Source of the DNA: Girardia tigrina
Lineage: Eukaryota
Direction: 5' to 3'
Assembly (NCBI GenBank): GCA_001938485.1
Contig: MQRK01234174.1
Location: forward strand, 49,089-98,387
DNA length: 49,299 bases
Under the pieces are notes generated by a model, which was not told the origin of the DNA, did not search any database, and worked only from the letters and a program-made list of their open reading frames with translations. The position numbers and the translations under genes are program-made. Of the stretch, positions 1 through 13,030 are shown piece by piece (positions within the stretch are counted from its first letter, which is position 1; each line of letters begins with the position of its first letter).

Positions 1-165
1 TCTGGTGTTCGTCAGCTCGAAGAATCGCTTGCATTTGGTGATGAATAATTCCACATCTTCGCCTTTTGTATACCGCTCTGGAATTGCTCTGGTCAGGAGT
101 ATTTCCGAGGTCGTGGTCGTAGGAACGACATTGGTCGCATAAATGTCTCCTGTTTCTTCAGACAT
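1..165 (-). mobile_element. N-terminus of a Ty3/gypsy-like LTR retrotransposon gag ORF, running off the window edge
   Basis: ATG at 165 opens 55 stop-free codons to position 1: MSEETGDIYATNVVPTTTTSEILLTRAIPERYTKGEDVELFITKCKRFFELTNTR. PERYTKGEDVELFITKCKRFF aligns with PEKFRKCDNVETFIEECETFF of the gag at 48224. Not in the supplied ORF track. Confidence 0.65.
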
Positions 166-716
166 TCAAATAAGAAAAGAGATAAGCTTGGATCCAAATA
201 ATTTATTTATCGACAACTTTTTGAATTACCCACAAAATTTNNNNNNNNNNNNNNNNNNNNNNNNNNNNNNNNNNNNNNNNNNNNNNNNNNTTTTTAACCG
301 TTTCTTATAAATATGGATATGGATATAGATATATATATTTAATAATATCAATAATTATTTAAATGTTGAGAATTAAAATATCTTATAAATTATACTTACA
401 AATCTTACAGTCCTAAAGTCCTAATTATTATAAATATTTATATTAATTTTTTATATTTAAAGTAAAGATATTTTATTTTAAAATTAATAAATTAATAATA
501 ATTAATATTATTTCAATTAATATATAAACATTACATACTAATTTACTAGTTTATTTATTAGTTTTCATAATATTCGGTGATGAAATTTAATAGAAAAAAA
601 TTATTTTGATCTTAAAAAATTATATTATAAAACAATTTCTAAGTCATAATATTATTTGTTTAAATAATATTTAATGAAGTTTTATTTCTAGTTAAATTAA
701 ATTTTTTTTCTTCCAG

Positions 717-1247
717 ATGCCGAAAATTTCCTTAATTTGGGATTACTTCACAATGAATAATGAAAATATGGCTAGCTGCATTGAGTGTGGTGAGCATTAC
801 AAGGTACCCAGTGGGAGCACAACAGGGATAAGAGGTCATCTGAGGACAAAGCACAAGACCATCTTTGAAACACGAGGAACAAGGGAGGCCAGAGCGAAAG
901 CAAGATCAACAGTTGGAACTATCGATAGAAACTCTGACTCTGATAATGACTTTAAAGTGGGAACCTCTTCTGGTGATGGAGCATCAAGAGCAGCCACTAT
1001 CAGGACCTCATCCAGAAAGAGGCCAAGAAAGACAAAATGTGTTGTGTAAATTACCAACAATGCGAGTATTTACCAAAAGTCCATGGTCTAAGAATGACGA
1101 TCAACAGAAGAAAGTTGTCACTGCAATGACTCAGTGGATAGCAAGTGAAGGTTTTTCGATGCATTGTTAACGATGCAGACTTTCGATGCATCGTTTAACG
1201 ATGAAGATTTTTCGATGCATCGTTAAACGATACATCGTCGCTCCCTA
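717..1247 (+). mobile_element. Internally deleted hAT DNA transposon: BED zinc-finger transposase 5' part, subterminal repeats and right terminus
   Basis: BED finger IWDYF...CIEC...GSTTGIRGHLRTKH, preceded by a splice acceptor (ttttttcttccag|ATG). A frameshifted continuation reads KKVVTAMTQWIASE. Three ~31-bp repeats built on the palindrome CGATGCATCG follow (1152-1238), then a terminus reading TAGGGAGCGACGATG on the minus strand (ends 1247). Left TIR not seen. Confidence 0.75.
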
Positions 1248-3757
1248 ATTATCTGCCAACAAAGGACTCAAAGACACTTAAAATTCCTTTGTTTGAAATA
1301 ATTGAAAAAATAATTATTAAAAAATAATGATTATAATTAAGTTAAATAGTGTTAGGAATAAGGTAAGTATTATAAAGGACATTAATATAATTTCGAAATC
1401 ATTTATTATTAGCATTAGAATTGTCTTTAAAACAATATTCATTTAAAATCAATCAAGACTGATTTAAATATTTTATGAATTAATATCTTTTTATATAATT
1501 AAATTATATAATTTAAATTAAATTAATATTTAAATTAACATTGTGAAGGACTCATGTGAAAAGTCCATCCTTTAAATTTTTGAATAAATAATTTTTTATA
1601 AATAATATTTGAAATAAGCAAATAAACTAAAATCAAAAGTTTTTCTAATAATGTAAAAAATATCGTAATTAATATTAAAAAGTTATTTTCGAGAATAATC
1701 GAATTTTATTTGCAGTGTAAAAAAAACTTAAAATTAAATTAATTGGGAAATAATGGATTTTTAAATAATTGATTAAAATATTGATTTGTAAATATTGAAA
1801 AAAATAAAACATTAAAATCTTTATTAATTAGAAATGTTCCAAAAAAAGAGAAATAACATTAAACTAATTCTAAAATAATAAAATATCATTATGATTAATT
1901 TAGTAAAAAATTTTGTTGGTTTTTAATTTAAAAATAAGGATGTAAATTTTCAAATAAATAGAATTAAAAATTTTCAATTTTAATATAACTTATCAGTTAT
2001 TTGTATTTATAATTTCATATTTTTTATAAGAATCTGGTCATTAAGAAAACGATAGAAAGTTCCTCTACAAAAATTTTTATTAAAAACAACCATTTTTATT
2101 ACAAAAAAAATTGTTTGAATAATTGTTAAATGTGTTATTAATAAATTTTTGGTGTTATAAATTCTAATATTGATCAAGAACCCAACAAATATCTTTAATA
2201 TCTTTCAACGAACGAAGGAACATGACTGATCATTGATTAGATGGAAGCAGAAGTGTGTCCTTGCATTGAAATTTCGCACTCTTGCATCGGAAGTCGTGTG
2301 AACGGATCAGAAAACTTTGTATCTGTGAAATGGTCTTTACTCGATAGAGTCTATGATTGTGTGACTATCATGTGTGTGAATGCTGAGTATTAATTTTAAT
2401 ATATAGTTATCGCCACAGTCGGGGGAGGCCTATTATCTTTTTAATAATTATTATTCAAACAAAATTGATTATTACTTTTATTAGGATTTTGTGCTCACAA
2501 AAATCTTTGAACGTTATAATTTCAAATTGAAAATTTTAAAATTGTCAGATTGTAAAATTTAAAATAAAATGTGAACCTATTAATATTTATATTATATTAT
2601 ATTTATTTATAAAGGTTTGTGAATAGAAAATTATGTTCTTCAGAAATTCGTTTAATAAACCAGAAATTTGTATTGAAATTAAATTTTGAAATGATGTCTA
2701 CTCTCAATTTCGTGTTCGATTCCAATACTAGTTCGTCAAATATGTCCGAACCAAACAATTTTTATAGTTTTAATATTTAATCAGTTTAAAAAAAATTTAA
2801 ATACTGAATATTAGATAATTTAAAAAAATATTCCAACCAAAATTTTAAAGAAAATATTTAAATTATTAAAATTAAATAATTGATTTAAAACTTAATTGAA
2901 TTTTAAATTTTATCTGAATAATTCGAATTTTAAAATATTCAAAAATCAATATACCATCAGAATTGGGAAATAAATCATTCTAAAATATTATTTTTATTTG
3001 ACTATTTATTTCACATTATATTTAATTATTTATTTATTTATTTAAATATTTATTTACATTTCTAAATATCCTAGAGTATGTCATTATTTTATTGAAAAAT
3101 ACAAAAACAAATAAGAAATAATAGAAGAAGCTCAACAATACCACCATTGAATAACCTTCTCCCTAAGTAACCATTTAGACTTAACCTTAATCCCAAAATA
3201 AATCAAATTCATTCGGTTTATAAGTTATTAAATCGTTCAGCCTTGGAATAGGTTTTATTTATCAACAATATTGCTTAACTTGGGATTATTTTTTTCTTAT
3301 AATAGATAATACTTGAAATAATTTGAACTTCAAGATAGAATAGAAACTAAATAATTAATTTCCTTTCTCGAGATTCTTTGTTAAGAGAATGAATGAATAA
3401 TTATCAAACAGCAAGAGGGCAAAAGGATGACAGAACGGAAGTAAATTGCTTTATATTTGTAAGAAAAGTATTAATAATTTGTTTCACATGTAATTGAATC
3501 CAAAGAGAGATTCATTTGACTTAACTGTGAAAAAAATAGTTTAAATAGTTTCAGAACTTTTACAAATTTTATAATTTTTTCTATTAAAAAGATTCCACAA
3601 TTAACGGATAATTCCTAATAGTATCATTAGACCTAATAGTATCACTACTCATGTTTTCAACCACATTTTAGTGATACTATTTTAATCCTAATAGAATCAT
3701 TATTACAATTTTTTAATGATAGTTTATGATACTATTTCAATAGTATCACTGATATTA

Positions 3758-5051
3758 TTAGGTCTAGAAATAATTAATGTCGTTTATTTCATCTTCGTTT
3801 AAACGCATCAATATAACCTACAAACCTGTGGTAAATACAAAAAGTGTAAAGCTTAATTAACAAGTTTTTTTGCAAATATTTTGTGTTTTAACTGTTGAAT
3901 TTTTTTCCGATGTAGGTGGTAAAGGATGGTAGATGAAGAGCATATAAGGCATTGCATGCTTTACGAGTTCCAGTTGAGAGGAAAAGCAAATGAGGCTGCT
4001 AAAAATATATACAGTACTTTGGATCAAGATACAGTTTGTGTCAGAAAATGCCAGTGTTGGTTTAAGAAATTTCGTGAAGGAAATGTTTCGTTGAATGACG
4101 AGAATGGTCGAGGCCGTGCGTCTGATTTTGACCAGGAAGCACTTGAGGTTCTTGTGGTTACAAATCCTGAAATTACGCAACAGGAGCTTGCGACAGCTTT
4201 AAACTGTTCGCAAAAATACTATTTGCAATCAATCGCTGTCACTTGGTAAGGTCCACAAGTTTGGAAAGTGGGTTCCGCAGGAATTAACCGAAAACAACCG
4301 TAAACAAAGAGTTACAATCTGCTGTTCGCTCCTCTTTCGTCAAGACCGATTGTTGTTCTTCGAGCAAATTGTTATCGGAGATGAAAAATGGGTGATTCAT
4401 GTTAATCGGAAGAGACGGCCACAATGGTTGGACAAAAGCGAAGCGGAAGAGCCCACACCAAAGCCTGACTTGCATGCGAAAAAGGTGATGTTGTGTGTTT
4501 GGTGTAATTTTTACAGGTATTCTTCATTTTGAACTCTTACCAAACAACCAAACCATTACAAGTGCAGTGTCTAGTGTACAATTGGAAAGGTTAGACCAAG
4601 CTTTGAGAAAAAAAAAGAACCCGAGCTGATTAATCAGAAATGTGTAATTCTTCATCGGTGGATAAAATACAGCGGATGGGAAGTTCTACAACAACCTGCA
4701 TATTCTCCAGATATTGCACTATCCGATTATCATTTGTTTGATTCATTGCAACGTTTTCTTAGTGGAAAAAAATTAAAAAATGAAGAGTGTATCAAAAACG
4801 CCTTGATCGATTTTTTTGAATCTAAATCACAAGAATTTTATAACAGAGGTATTAAGATGTTACCTGAATGTTGAGCACAAGTAGTTGACAACAACAGCGA
4901 CTATATTGTTGATTAAATTATTTTGTTTTATCCATTACTTAAAATCATTTGAAAGCTCTTAAGAAATTAGTTGACAGTGCCGTTTGAAGATTGATCTCAT
5001 AAATTTGTTTCAAATATTTTTTAAAACGACATTAATTATTAATAGACCTAA
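3758..5051 (+). mobile_element. Near full-length mariner element with inactivated transposase
   Basis: 28-bp TIRs TTAGGTCTAGAAATAATTAATGTCGTTT / TTAGGTCTATTAATAATTAATGTCGTTT, TA on both sides, 1294 bp long. Confidence 0.93.
3926..4916 (+). pseudogene. Mariner transposase pseudogene
   Basis: HIRHCMLYEF, CQCWFKKFREG, WVPQEL, GDEKW, KVMLCVW and YSPDIALSDY motifs. Several frameshifts and stops, and a deletion over the HDNARPH (second Asp) region. Confidence 0.9.
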
Positions 5052-5845
5052 TAGGTTGAGTCATCCATTATTTAAATCTTCTATAATCAAAACTTCTGCC
5101 AATCAATGAAAAATAACAACTTTATGATTAAAATTATTATAATTATATCAATTTATTTCTGATGAATTTTTGCCATATTCATGAATAAACATCCATGAAT
5201 ATCCAAATCACAAGGGTACATAATGATAAAAATATAAAAGGAAACTCTTTTTGATTAAAAAATAATTTTAAAACGTATATGTATGTTTGATGTTTTATGT
5301 TGATTTAAGAGTGTCTATTCTTCTCATACAGCTGATTAATATTTTGATTCTTATTATCTGAAACTAATTTAATTTAAAATTACATTTAATGTTAAAATTT
5401 ATTTTAAATTTAATATTGTTGTTAAATGGTTTAATTATTTAATTAATTTTATTTTACATTTTTAAATGAATAAATTGAATTAATTTTTTATAAAACAACA
5501 CAAGCACTATTTTAAAATATATTTGATGAAAATATATTTTGACGGTTTTACCGTCATCTGCAGATTACTGAAATTTATGAGTTTTTTATTGCTTATATAT
5601 GTGAAGTCGATAATTGTTTAATCCATTACGTAAAATCAATAGAAAACTTTTAATAAATTAGTTGAGAGTGCAGTTTGAAGATTGAACTCATTGAGCTTAC
5701 TTTACTCTGAAGGGTTCAAACATCTAAAAAATTATATTCCTAAAGCAACAAATAATATTTCAGACAGAAACAATATTTCCGCACTTTTCAAATGGATCTA
5801 ATTTAATTTATTTGTATACATTTTAATATTTTCATCCCCTTACGG

Positions 5846-6078
5846 CAGTGGCTTCCAAACTTTATATTCCTCCTCGAAAATATCATTTCTGGGTACAATA
5901 TAACGAGAAAATCAAATCCATGTCGAAAAAGATAAATTGACAAATTATTTAACCCCTGAAATAAATTACTGTACTAAGTCAATCTTATTGACATTAAATT
6001 GTTTCGAAATTTGAGGGGTTGCAACATTTTAGTATAAAAAAAAACATAGGCCTAAGTACAGAAAGTTTGGAAAACCTG
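5846..6078. mobile_element. hAT (Charlie-like) MITE
   Basis: Termini CAGTGGCTTCCAAACTTT / (rc) CAGGTTTTCCAAACTTT. Imperfect 8-bp TSD CCTTACGG / CCTTGTGG. 233 bp, non-coding. Confidence 0.7.
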
Positions 6079-7749
6079 CCTTGTGGTTTTATAATGTTTC
6101 AAGATGGGTTCCGATCATGTTTTTGTTAATATGGAACTGACTGCGTTACATAATTTACTTTAATTTTAAAAATCATTTGTTCTTATGATGATGGTCAAAC
6201 CATCAAAATTAATAAATTAAAAGATTTTTTAATGGACTTGATGTTTCTTTCACAATCTTAAGTTATTGAAAATCATAAGAAGGGTATATAACTTCTGAAA
6301 TCTGGAGATTTTAATTCTTAAAATGATCTTTCTAAATTCTTTCAAACCTAAGGTGATAACTATATCCTTCTCATACGTTGAAAGATAGAAACTTCAAATG
6401 AATTTCTAATTCATTCTATCTCATTGTGGCTTTAAAATGTTTTCCTTTAAATCTTAGTGGAATACTTGTGTATTCGAAATATTTTATTTCCGAATTATCC
6501 GCGTCTATGGCCGATGTTGCTTAATTTCTAACTTGATCGCTTTAATTTCTATTACTTCAGACATTGCTCAAAAGTTCTGAGTACTTTGCTTGCAAACGAC
6601 ACAAAACATTGAGGACGTTAATCAAATACAAATAGGAAAAAATAACATGATTTCTGGTTCAAGAAAATCTAATTTCCAAGTAATTTTTATAGTACTGCTT
6701 TTAAAGTTGGTACATCTTCAATTGTTTATACTAAGTCATACATAAGATTGAATTGTTTACTCTATACCATGATCGACTTCCGTACATTTTTAAATATATC
6801 TAAGCATTAAAAAACCAAAGATTTGTAAAATTATTGGGTTGTAAAGTGCAATGATTCACGTATGTAGATACACTCTTTAGTGGCTTTCTGTAAGATTAAA
6901 CATACCTTTCAATTCCAGCATTCATTAAAGGTGGCTCAACGACGTGACTTTTTTTTCAAATATCGAAGTTTAATGGGTACCTATACCCCTATTTGGACGA
7001 AGGTTAACCCTTTGTTGTCGGATTGCTCAACACAACATCATTCGATCGTCATGTCTAAGAGATGTGTTAATTCGTGCTTCTTTTATAATAATTATTATTG
7101 ATTTCAGTATAGTTTGAAAATAAAATTAATCTTTATTTTACTATTTATTGAAAAAAAGTAAACAATTACGGCACGTTTGACATTCATATCATGCAGAATC
7201 AAGTTATTTTCGGTCCTGAATAAAAATGAAGAACAAATTCAAAAATACCTTTATGTAAACAATGTAATCTTTATAGAGCTTTCAAGTTGCTCGAAATATT
7301 ATTGTACAGTACGTTTAAAAATCTTCAAAGGTAATCTTTAACAAATTATTTTTTGTTGTCCAGTACGTACATGATACAAACTTAGCGTACCATACTGAAC
7401 AAATTAAAACACGTTCATTTCGCGAGCCTACGTCCTTTATGAATTTTAAATGTCATCAATTGATGCCACCATCAATGATTCAGAAAATCTTAATGAGATC
7501 TTCATCAAAATAAACTGTCAAAATATTTATTGCATTTTTATTTATCCATAAGATCAATTTAGAAGTAAACCGTCATCTTAATCGAACCTTTGAATAGAAT
7601 ATAGAATAGATAAAATTTCAGTATAAAAATTTTGGTTATCAAATATTACAAGAAAATCTTTCTCAAACTTATATTAAAACCATAAATAATGTTTATTTTA
7701 TATATTTAGTCTTTGTAATATTCCTCTTTTTCTGGGAGCAGACCGTTTG

Positions 7750-8366
7750 GGTACCGCCGATTTGGCTCCAGACCTTTTTAGTACCTTGGTATATTTATTT
7801 ATAAAAGTTTTAGCCGAAGAAAATATAATATGTTATACCGAATTTATATAATTGCCGAATTCGTGAATTAAGCAATTTTTGCCGAATAAAAAATTTTTTA
7901 ATTTATTTATGAAAAAATATCTATTTAAAACATTGAAATATGAAAAAAATATGTATTTAAGATGAAAAATTATCAAGTTAATATGAAAACAAAGTTTTAA
8001 CAATACACGTTTGCAATTCAGCTTACCACAAAGGAAGAATTTGAAATAACTATGAATAAAAATTTTACATTTGGAGTCTATTTGCATAATTAATTAATAT
8101 TTTTTAAAATTTAATTTATATTTTTTTCATGTGAAATTGATAATTTTTCATAATAAATTGATTTTTTTAATATTAAATTGATAATTTTCATATTTGAATA
8201 TTTTAAATAGATCTTTTTTCATAAGTTAATTAAAAAACTTTTTATTCGGCGAAAATAGCCTAATTCGTGAATTAGGCAATAATCCAAATTCGGCATAACA
8301 GATCATACTTACTACAGCTGAAAAAAATATATAAATAAATTTACCAAGGATCAAAATGGCGATACC
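7750..8366. mobile_element. Foldback/MITE with long imperfect inverted arms
   Basis: Inner TGTTATACCGAATTT (7831) / AAATTCGGCATAACA (8300). Repeated GCCGAATT motifs and ~21-bp AT-rich subrepeats. Outer arms GGTACCGCC...CCTTGGTATATTTATTT / rc at 8330-8366. Related copy at 28604. Confidence 0.75.
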
Positions 8367-8790
8367 TTAAAAAATCGTTATATTTTTATATTTGAAGATC
8401 CTATAACCAGTCTTAAACATAGGCAACACTGATGTGAAAGTTTCATCTTTGAAATATTCAAATGTGCTTTCCATATTTTTTATTAGTTTTTATTCTAATT
8501 CTACCATGAAATATTTTTATGTTGCACAAAACTTTTTTTTGGAACGTTTCTTGTTGAATCAAAGATTACATCACTTGATTAGACTAGACTTAACTGATTC
8601 AGATATTAAAAACATCTATTTTACAATTTTTATTATTATTTAATGTCAGACTCGGATGTCTTTTATCACAGAAAGCAATTCATTATATACAAAGTACCTT
8701 TCGTATTTGTTCTTGGTCTTCCATCATTTTACAGGATATTTCTCTTGACAACCTCTTCCGAAAGTTTAAATGGTAGAAAGATGTGAGCTA

Positions 8791-9684
8791 CGTGATGCGT
8801 TCAATAAGTACCCGGCAAGACAAAGAAAGCGAATTCTAAAAAGGGTCATTTATAACACAACAAGCTTAACGTATGTAGATGTTCTTTTTAAACAGACTGT
8901 CCATTTCACTCTATCTACTTCCACTTAGAAAACGCTCAGAAATACTCCACCCACCCTTTTTCTATGACTTGTCCCCATTTGCATCATCAAAGATGGCTTC
9001 TCTTCAAGCAGTTTTCACTCTGCTGACTCACGCTTTGTTTTTGACAAATATATCCTGAGTGGGGTTTCATCCTCCGTAATTATTTTTTTCCAGAAAAGTC
9101 TCACATGCTGGTTCAACAAGTTCAAGTTGTTCTGACTGCACTCCAAGCGGTTTGGTATCATTTCACTTGTCAAGAGGCGGGGTACTAATCTGGAACACAA
9201 TTTTCTGATACCCATGGATTTCAATTTGGCATGGGTTGTATGTTTAGCTCCTCTGACCGCATTTTCATAGTAATTCGACGCTTTTATTGCACAATCTTCT
9301 CCAATTTTTCATCAACTGTATCGAAATTTCTTGTGGTCGACCTGATATTTCTTAGTCTAAAACGGAGGTGCTACCACCTTTAAACTCTCTGACTCAATAT
9401 TAAAAAGTTATCAGAGATGGGAGTCATTTAGGTAACTTGACTACAAAAGATCATAGATTTCACTGAATGTCTTCTGCAACACAAAGAACTTGATAACGCT
9501 GCGATATTCGACGTATAAAATCATCGCTCTGGAGAAAATTTAAAATGTGTCAAGAAAAATTTTAATTATTTTGATAAAATAAAACAATCAATGAAATTAA
9601 AACATATATTAATTTATTTAATCACACAAAAATCTAATATTTGCTATTAAATTTTTTTTTCGGGTACTATTTGAACGCATCACG
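8791..9684 (-). mobile_element. Internally deleted mariner element
   Basis: 24-bp TIRs CGTGATGCGTTCAATAAGTACCCG / CGTGATGCGTTCAAATAGTACCCG. Remnant transposase RKLCSRLVPRLLT...KIITEDET (9015-9224). TA present on the left side only. Confidence 0.85.
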
Positions 9685-10589
9685 CTCATAAAAAACAACT
9701 TTTTTCCAGATAAATAAATTTTAGTACTTCATTCAGGAATGAAAATATTATAAATAGATAAGCTAAAATGTTTTGGCTAGTTTTCAAGTAGAAGTAAAAA
9801 CCATAATAACCACAACTACAGTATTCAAAATTTTAGCGAAAGTATGAACGTACAAATTTTAATGGGTACCACGAACAGTGATAGGGTAAATAAATCTTAG
9901 ACCCTTCAGACCAGTTTATGTCGTTTCTGAGCCATGCAACTTATAAAGTGATTTTTTAATATAAAATTGAAGGGTACTCGTAAACTTTACTTTCCGTGCA
10001 CTGATGTTTACGAAGTCAATATTTACTTTGTCCATCAAAATTTATCATAAATACCACCTTCTTTTACCTTCATTGAAAACTGAAAAAAACGTATTCTCGT
10101 ATATTCTCATCACACATTAAAATTTTGTAAAATATATTCCATTTTTGAAGCATTTGTAAGAAACTTTTATTAATAATTATGCTTAAAATGATTGCGCAAT
10201 ACGAAATACATATTTATTTTGTTAATTATTTGTATAATTCTAAATAAATATTTTATATAAATAAAATTGCAAATTATGATTTTCAAAAACAGTTATGTAT
10301 TAAAATTGGGATATTCTTTTATTTTAATGATTCTATATGGCTGGACAATTAATTACATGTACTAAATATAAACGAGAAGTCATCAAGATTTACTTTTTCT
10401 ACTGTAAACAACCTAGTCACATACGTTTACCTCTCAATGTAAAAGACACTACTGACCACATATTTCTGCGATCATACTTTTCATTCTGAAAACGCTTTTT
10501 CGACGAAGTAGGAGTCACATTCAAAATTCTGGACGTTGGCTCCTACTCTTAGTAAGTGTACTAAATAATTTACCAAAAATCGCCTTCAT

Positions 10590-10870
10590 CAACTGTCAGA
10601 ATAACCAAAGTCAGTGAAGCCAAAGTCTTGCCTATACGGAAGATGAATGACAATTTGGAAACTTGTATCATTAATACTCGCCATGAACAGGACACTGTAA
10701 ACCCAGATGTCAGCTTTTTTATTATAATGTTTCTGCTGGGAGGAGGCTGGGCGCAATACGAGGGCTCAAATCCGGAGCTGCGATGTTTCGTCTGGTTAAA
10801 ATGCATGGAGACAATTGACTTCGTCAAAAATTAAAATACCCGATCTGGATGGCGTTGCATCAAGTAGAAT
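10590..10870 (+). mobile_element. Degenerate 3' fragment of an RTE-like non-LTR retrotransposon ORF
   Basis: Across frames: ...LETCIINTR / (W>stop)TGH ... GGGWAQYEG ... VWLKCMET ... TRSGWRCI, resembling the RTE C-terminal RLRWxGH...GW...W...NRxxWR.CI pattern. Heavily decayed. Confidence 0.4.
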
Positions 10871-11389
10871 GGGGCTGCCATCTTACCCTCGGGTATCATA
10901 TTGAGGAAAGTTCTGGTCACTGACCAAATACATTAGTGCATCGATCATCATGTTACGAATTTGACGAATTACAGTAATGGCAATCAAATCGTCATTATCA
11001 ACGAGAATTATAAAGAAAAAAAACGTTTTATTCCTATTAAATGAAAATGTCGACAGTCAGATTTTTAAAATTTATTTATGTATTTACAATTGTTTAGTTT
11101 GTTAAAACAAATTTTCAATTGTCCTTGTTCGAATTGCAATTTTATTAATTTTCATTTCCTCTTTTTTATTCCAAATTCAGGAATATTTGTTATCTGAAAT
11201 TTTAACATCGCGTGCGCAATAATTTTTTTTTATAAGAAATTTATTTTTATTAAATAAATGAAAAATATTATTTTTCTATTAATTATTAAATGTGATTTGC
11301 TAAATCACCACACTTATAATTAAGGATTTCAAAATATAACTGGTTATCTCTTTATTTACATTTAGACTCCATTCGAAAGGTTTCTCTAA

Positions 11390-11615
11390 ACTGTTTTGAT
11401 CAATTTCGATTGGTGTTCTTTGTCTCTCCGCATTAAAAGGGTCAGTCCTTCCACGTTTAAATTGAGCAATCAAATCGTAGATGGTCGTTTCAGACTAAAA
11501 TTTCTGCTATAACAATCTTTGATAATTTGCTGGTAGTCTATCTTTCTTAGCACATGGTCACAAAAAAATTATGAATTTTAAATCTGCTTCTATAAACAAG
11601 CAGTGATTGTGTAAT
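11390..11615 (-). mobile_element. Mariner transposase 5'/HTH fragment
   Basis: Minus strand reads SETTIYDLIAQFKRGRTDPFNAERQRTPIEID (mariner HTH plus a degenerate GRP motif). Its 5' part recurs inverted at ~12891-12985. Confidence 0.6.
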
Positions 11616-11956
11616 CAAAAATAATTGTTTCATCTAAAATTACTCAATAGGGCTGTCAGGAGACCAGTTTCCACAATAATCTCAGGATCTATAGCTATGA
11701 TAAATAGTGCTTCACATTCACAATAAGTATTAAACTGAGCACACCGAATTGTAAAATAATTTATGTTAATATTTTCATTCAATTTTCATGGCAAACTTTT
11801 CTGTGTTCTGTAATATTACTTGCGTTCAAAATACGACTAAGGTGTGTCCACTAAAAAGTGCACAAGTTTTAAAACCATCATAACTTTTTAATTAGACCTT
11901 CAAATTGACGGAAATCTTAACAAAGATTAGATCATAATAACACAATAACTATTTTA

Positions 11957-12694
11957 TTATATCAAACTATTAAGGCCATAAGAGTTAGCAAGCATTATTC
12001 TTTGTCTAAAATTTGCAAATAATGTCCTAAAATATAAATAGTTAAACTGCTTTGCTTTAGTTTTGATTCTGCGAATCAACTGGTCTTCAGAATGGGCATT
12101 CCAAACCTTTTAATACACCTTCTCCTTTAAATGAGCCCAAAATTTTTCAGTTGGGCGTATTTGGGGAGCACAAGGTGGATTCGAATCTTTTTTGACAAAT
12201 GGAATTTTGTTGTCCTCTAAGCACTTCAGACTTGCTTTGGCGTAGTGACAAGAAGCAAGATCTGGCCAGAAGATGAAAGGACCAGCTGGGTATTTCTCAT
12301 TCAAATAAGGAAGCAAACGCTTCGTTAAGCACTCGTAGATATAAATATCCGAATTAGAAGCTACAGATTTCCATTTCCTGATGTAAAGGTTTGAAATGCC
12401 TCGTCTGGAAACAGTTGCCAAAACCAAAACTTTTACTGTGAATTTCTCTCGAAATTTAAGGCGAATATTATCAGGTACATCACCGAACTTCTTTTGGTCC
12501 ACATAATAACCCGATGTCATTGCTCCGGTGAGTGTAAAATACGACTCATCATCAAGTACAAAGTCGGTTTTGGTCTTTTCCACAACAATTTTAGCAAGAT
12601 TTTGCAACCTGGCTTTCTGGCGAATAATCTGTGTCGGAGTAACCTTTGGGGCTTCTTTCCTCTTTCGAAACACTATGTTATTAGTCTTGAGCAT
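11957..12694 (-). pseudogene. IS630-Tc1-mariner DD37E transposase (ITmD37E-like), 5'-truncated
   Basis: LDDESYF ... FWPDLASCHY ... NPPCAPQIRPTEKFWAHLK, with exactly 37 residues between the second D and the E. One premature TAA at 12110-12112; the frame continues 50 more codons to 11957. Probable terminus TA|AGGTGTGTCCAC at ~11840. Confidence 0.88.
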
Positions 12695-13030
12695 CTTATT
12701 ATTTTTTAAATTAAAAACATTATTGACACATTTAAAAACTGACCGTTAAAATTGAACAAAACCTTCGGAATAAGGAATACTCCAGCCCTATTTTAAAGTC
12801 GATGGTTCTTTTATATCATTTTTAATCTCTGTTTTGTTTGGTTTATTGCCTAATTCATCGATTGTTCAATTTTGAATTTAAACTTGGCTGATTACACCAT
12901 CACTGCTTGCTTATATAAGCAGATTTAAAAATCACAATTTCTTTATGATCTGATAGTGACTGTTATACCATCGAAATTAATTGTCTTTAATAATAACTTT
13001 TTTTTCTCTTAAAGTGACGTCTTAGTGTTC

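Noticed and set aside
1152-1238. Palindromic ~31-bp repeats resembling a CRISPR array
   Set aside because: There are no unique spacers, the context is eukaryotic, and they are explained as hAT subterminal repeats.
4957-5691. ~35-bp sequence in the mariner 3' UTR (ATTAGTTGACAGTGC...CTCAT) repeated at 5657-5691
   Set aside because: Real but short; probably a fragment of another small repeat, with no supportable function.
6150-6620. Possible hAT transposase C-terminal remnant on the minus strand
   Set aside because: Too decayed for a defensible motif match. The same holds for Tc3-like traces at 36600-36830 and 24300-24850 and piggyBac-like traces at 8640-8790.
10430-10560. Possible next protocadherin exon ((V)HLLRVGANVQNFECDSYFVEKAFSE*)
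   Set aside because: No motif support, and it adjoins a probable RTE remnant on the other strand; cannot be distinguished from chance.
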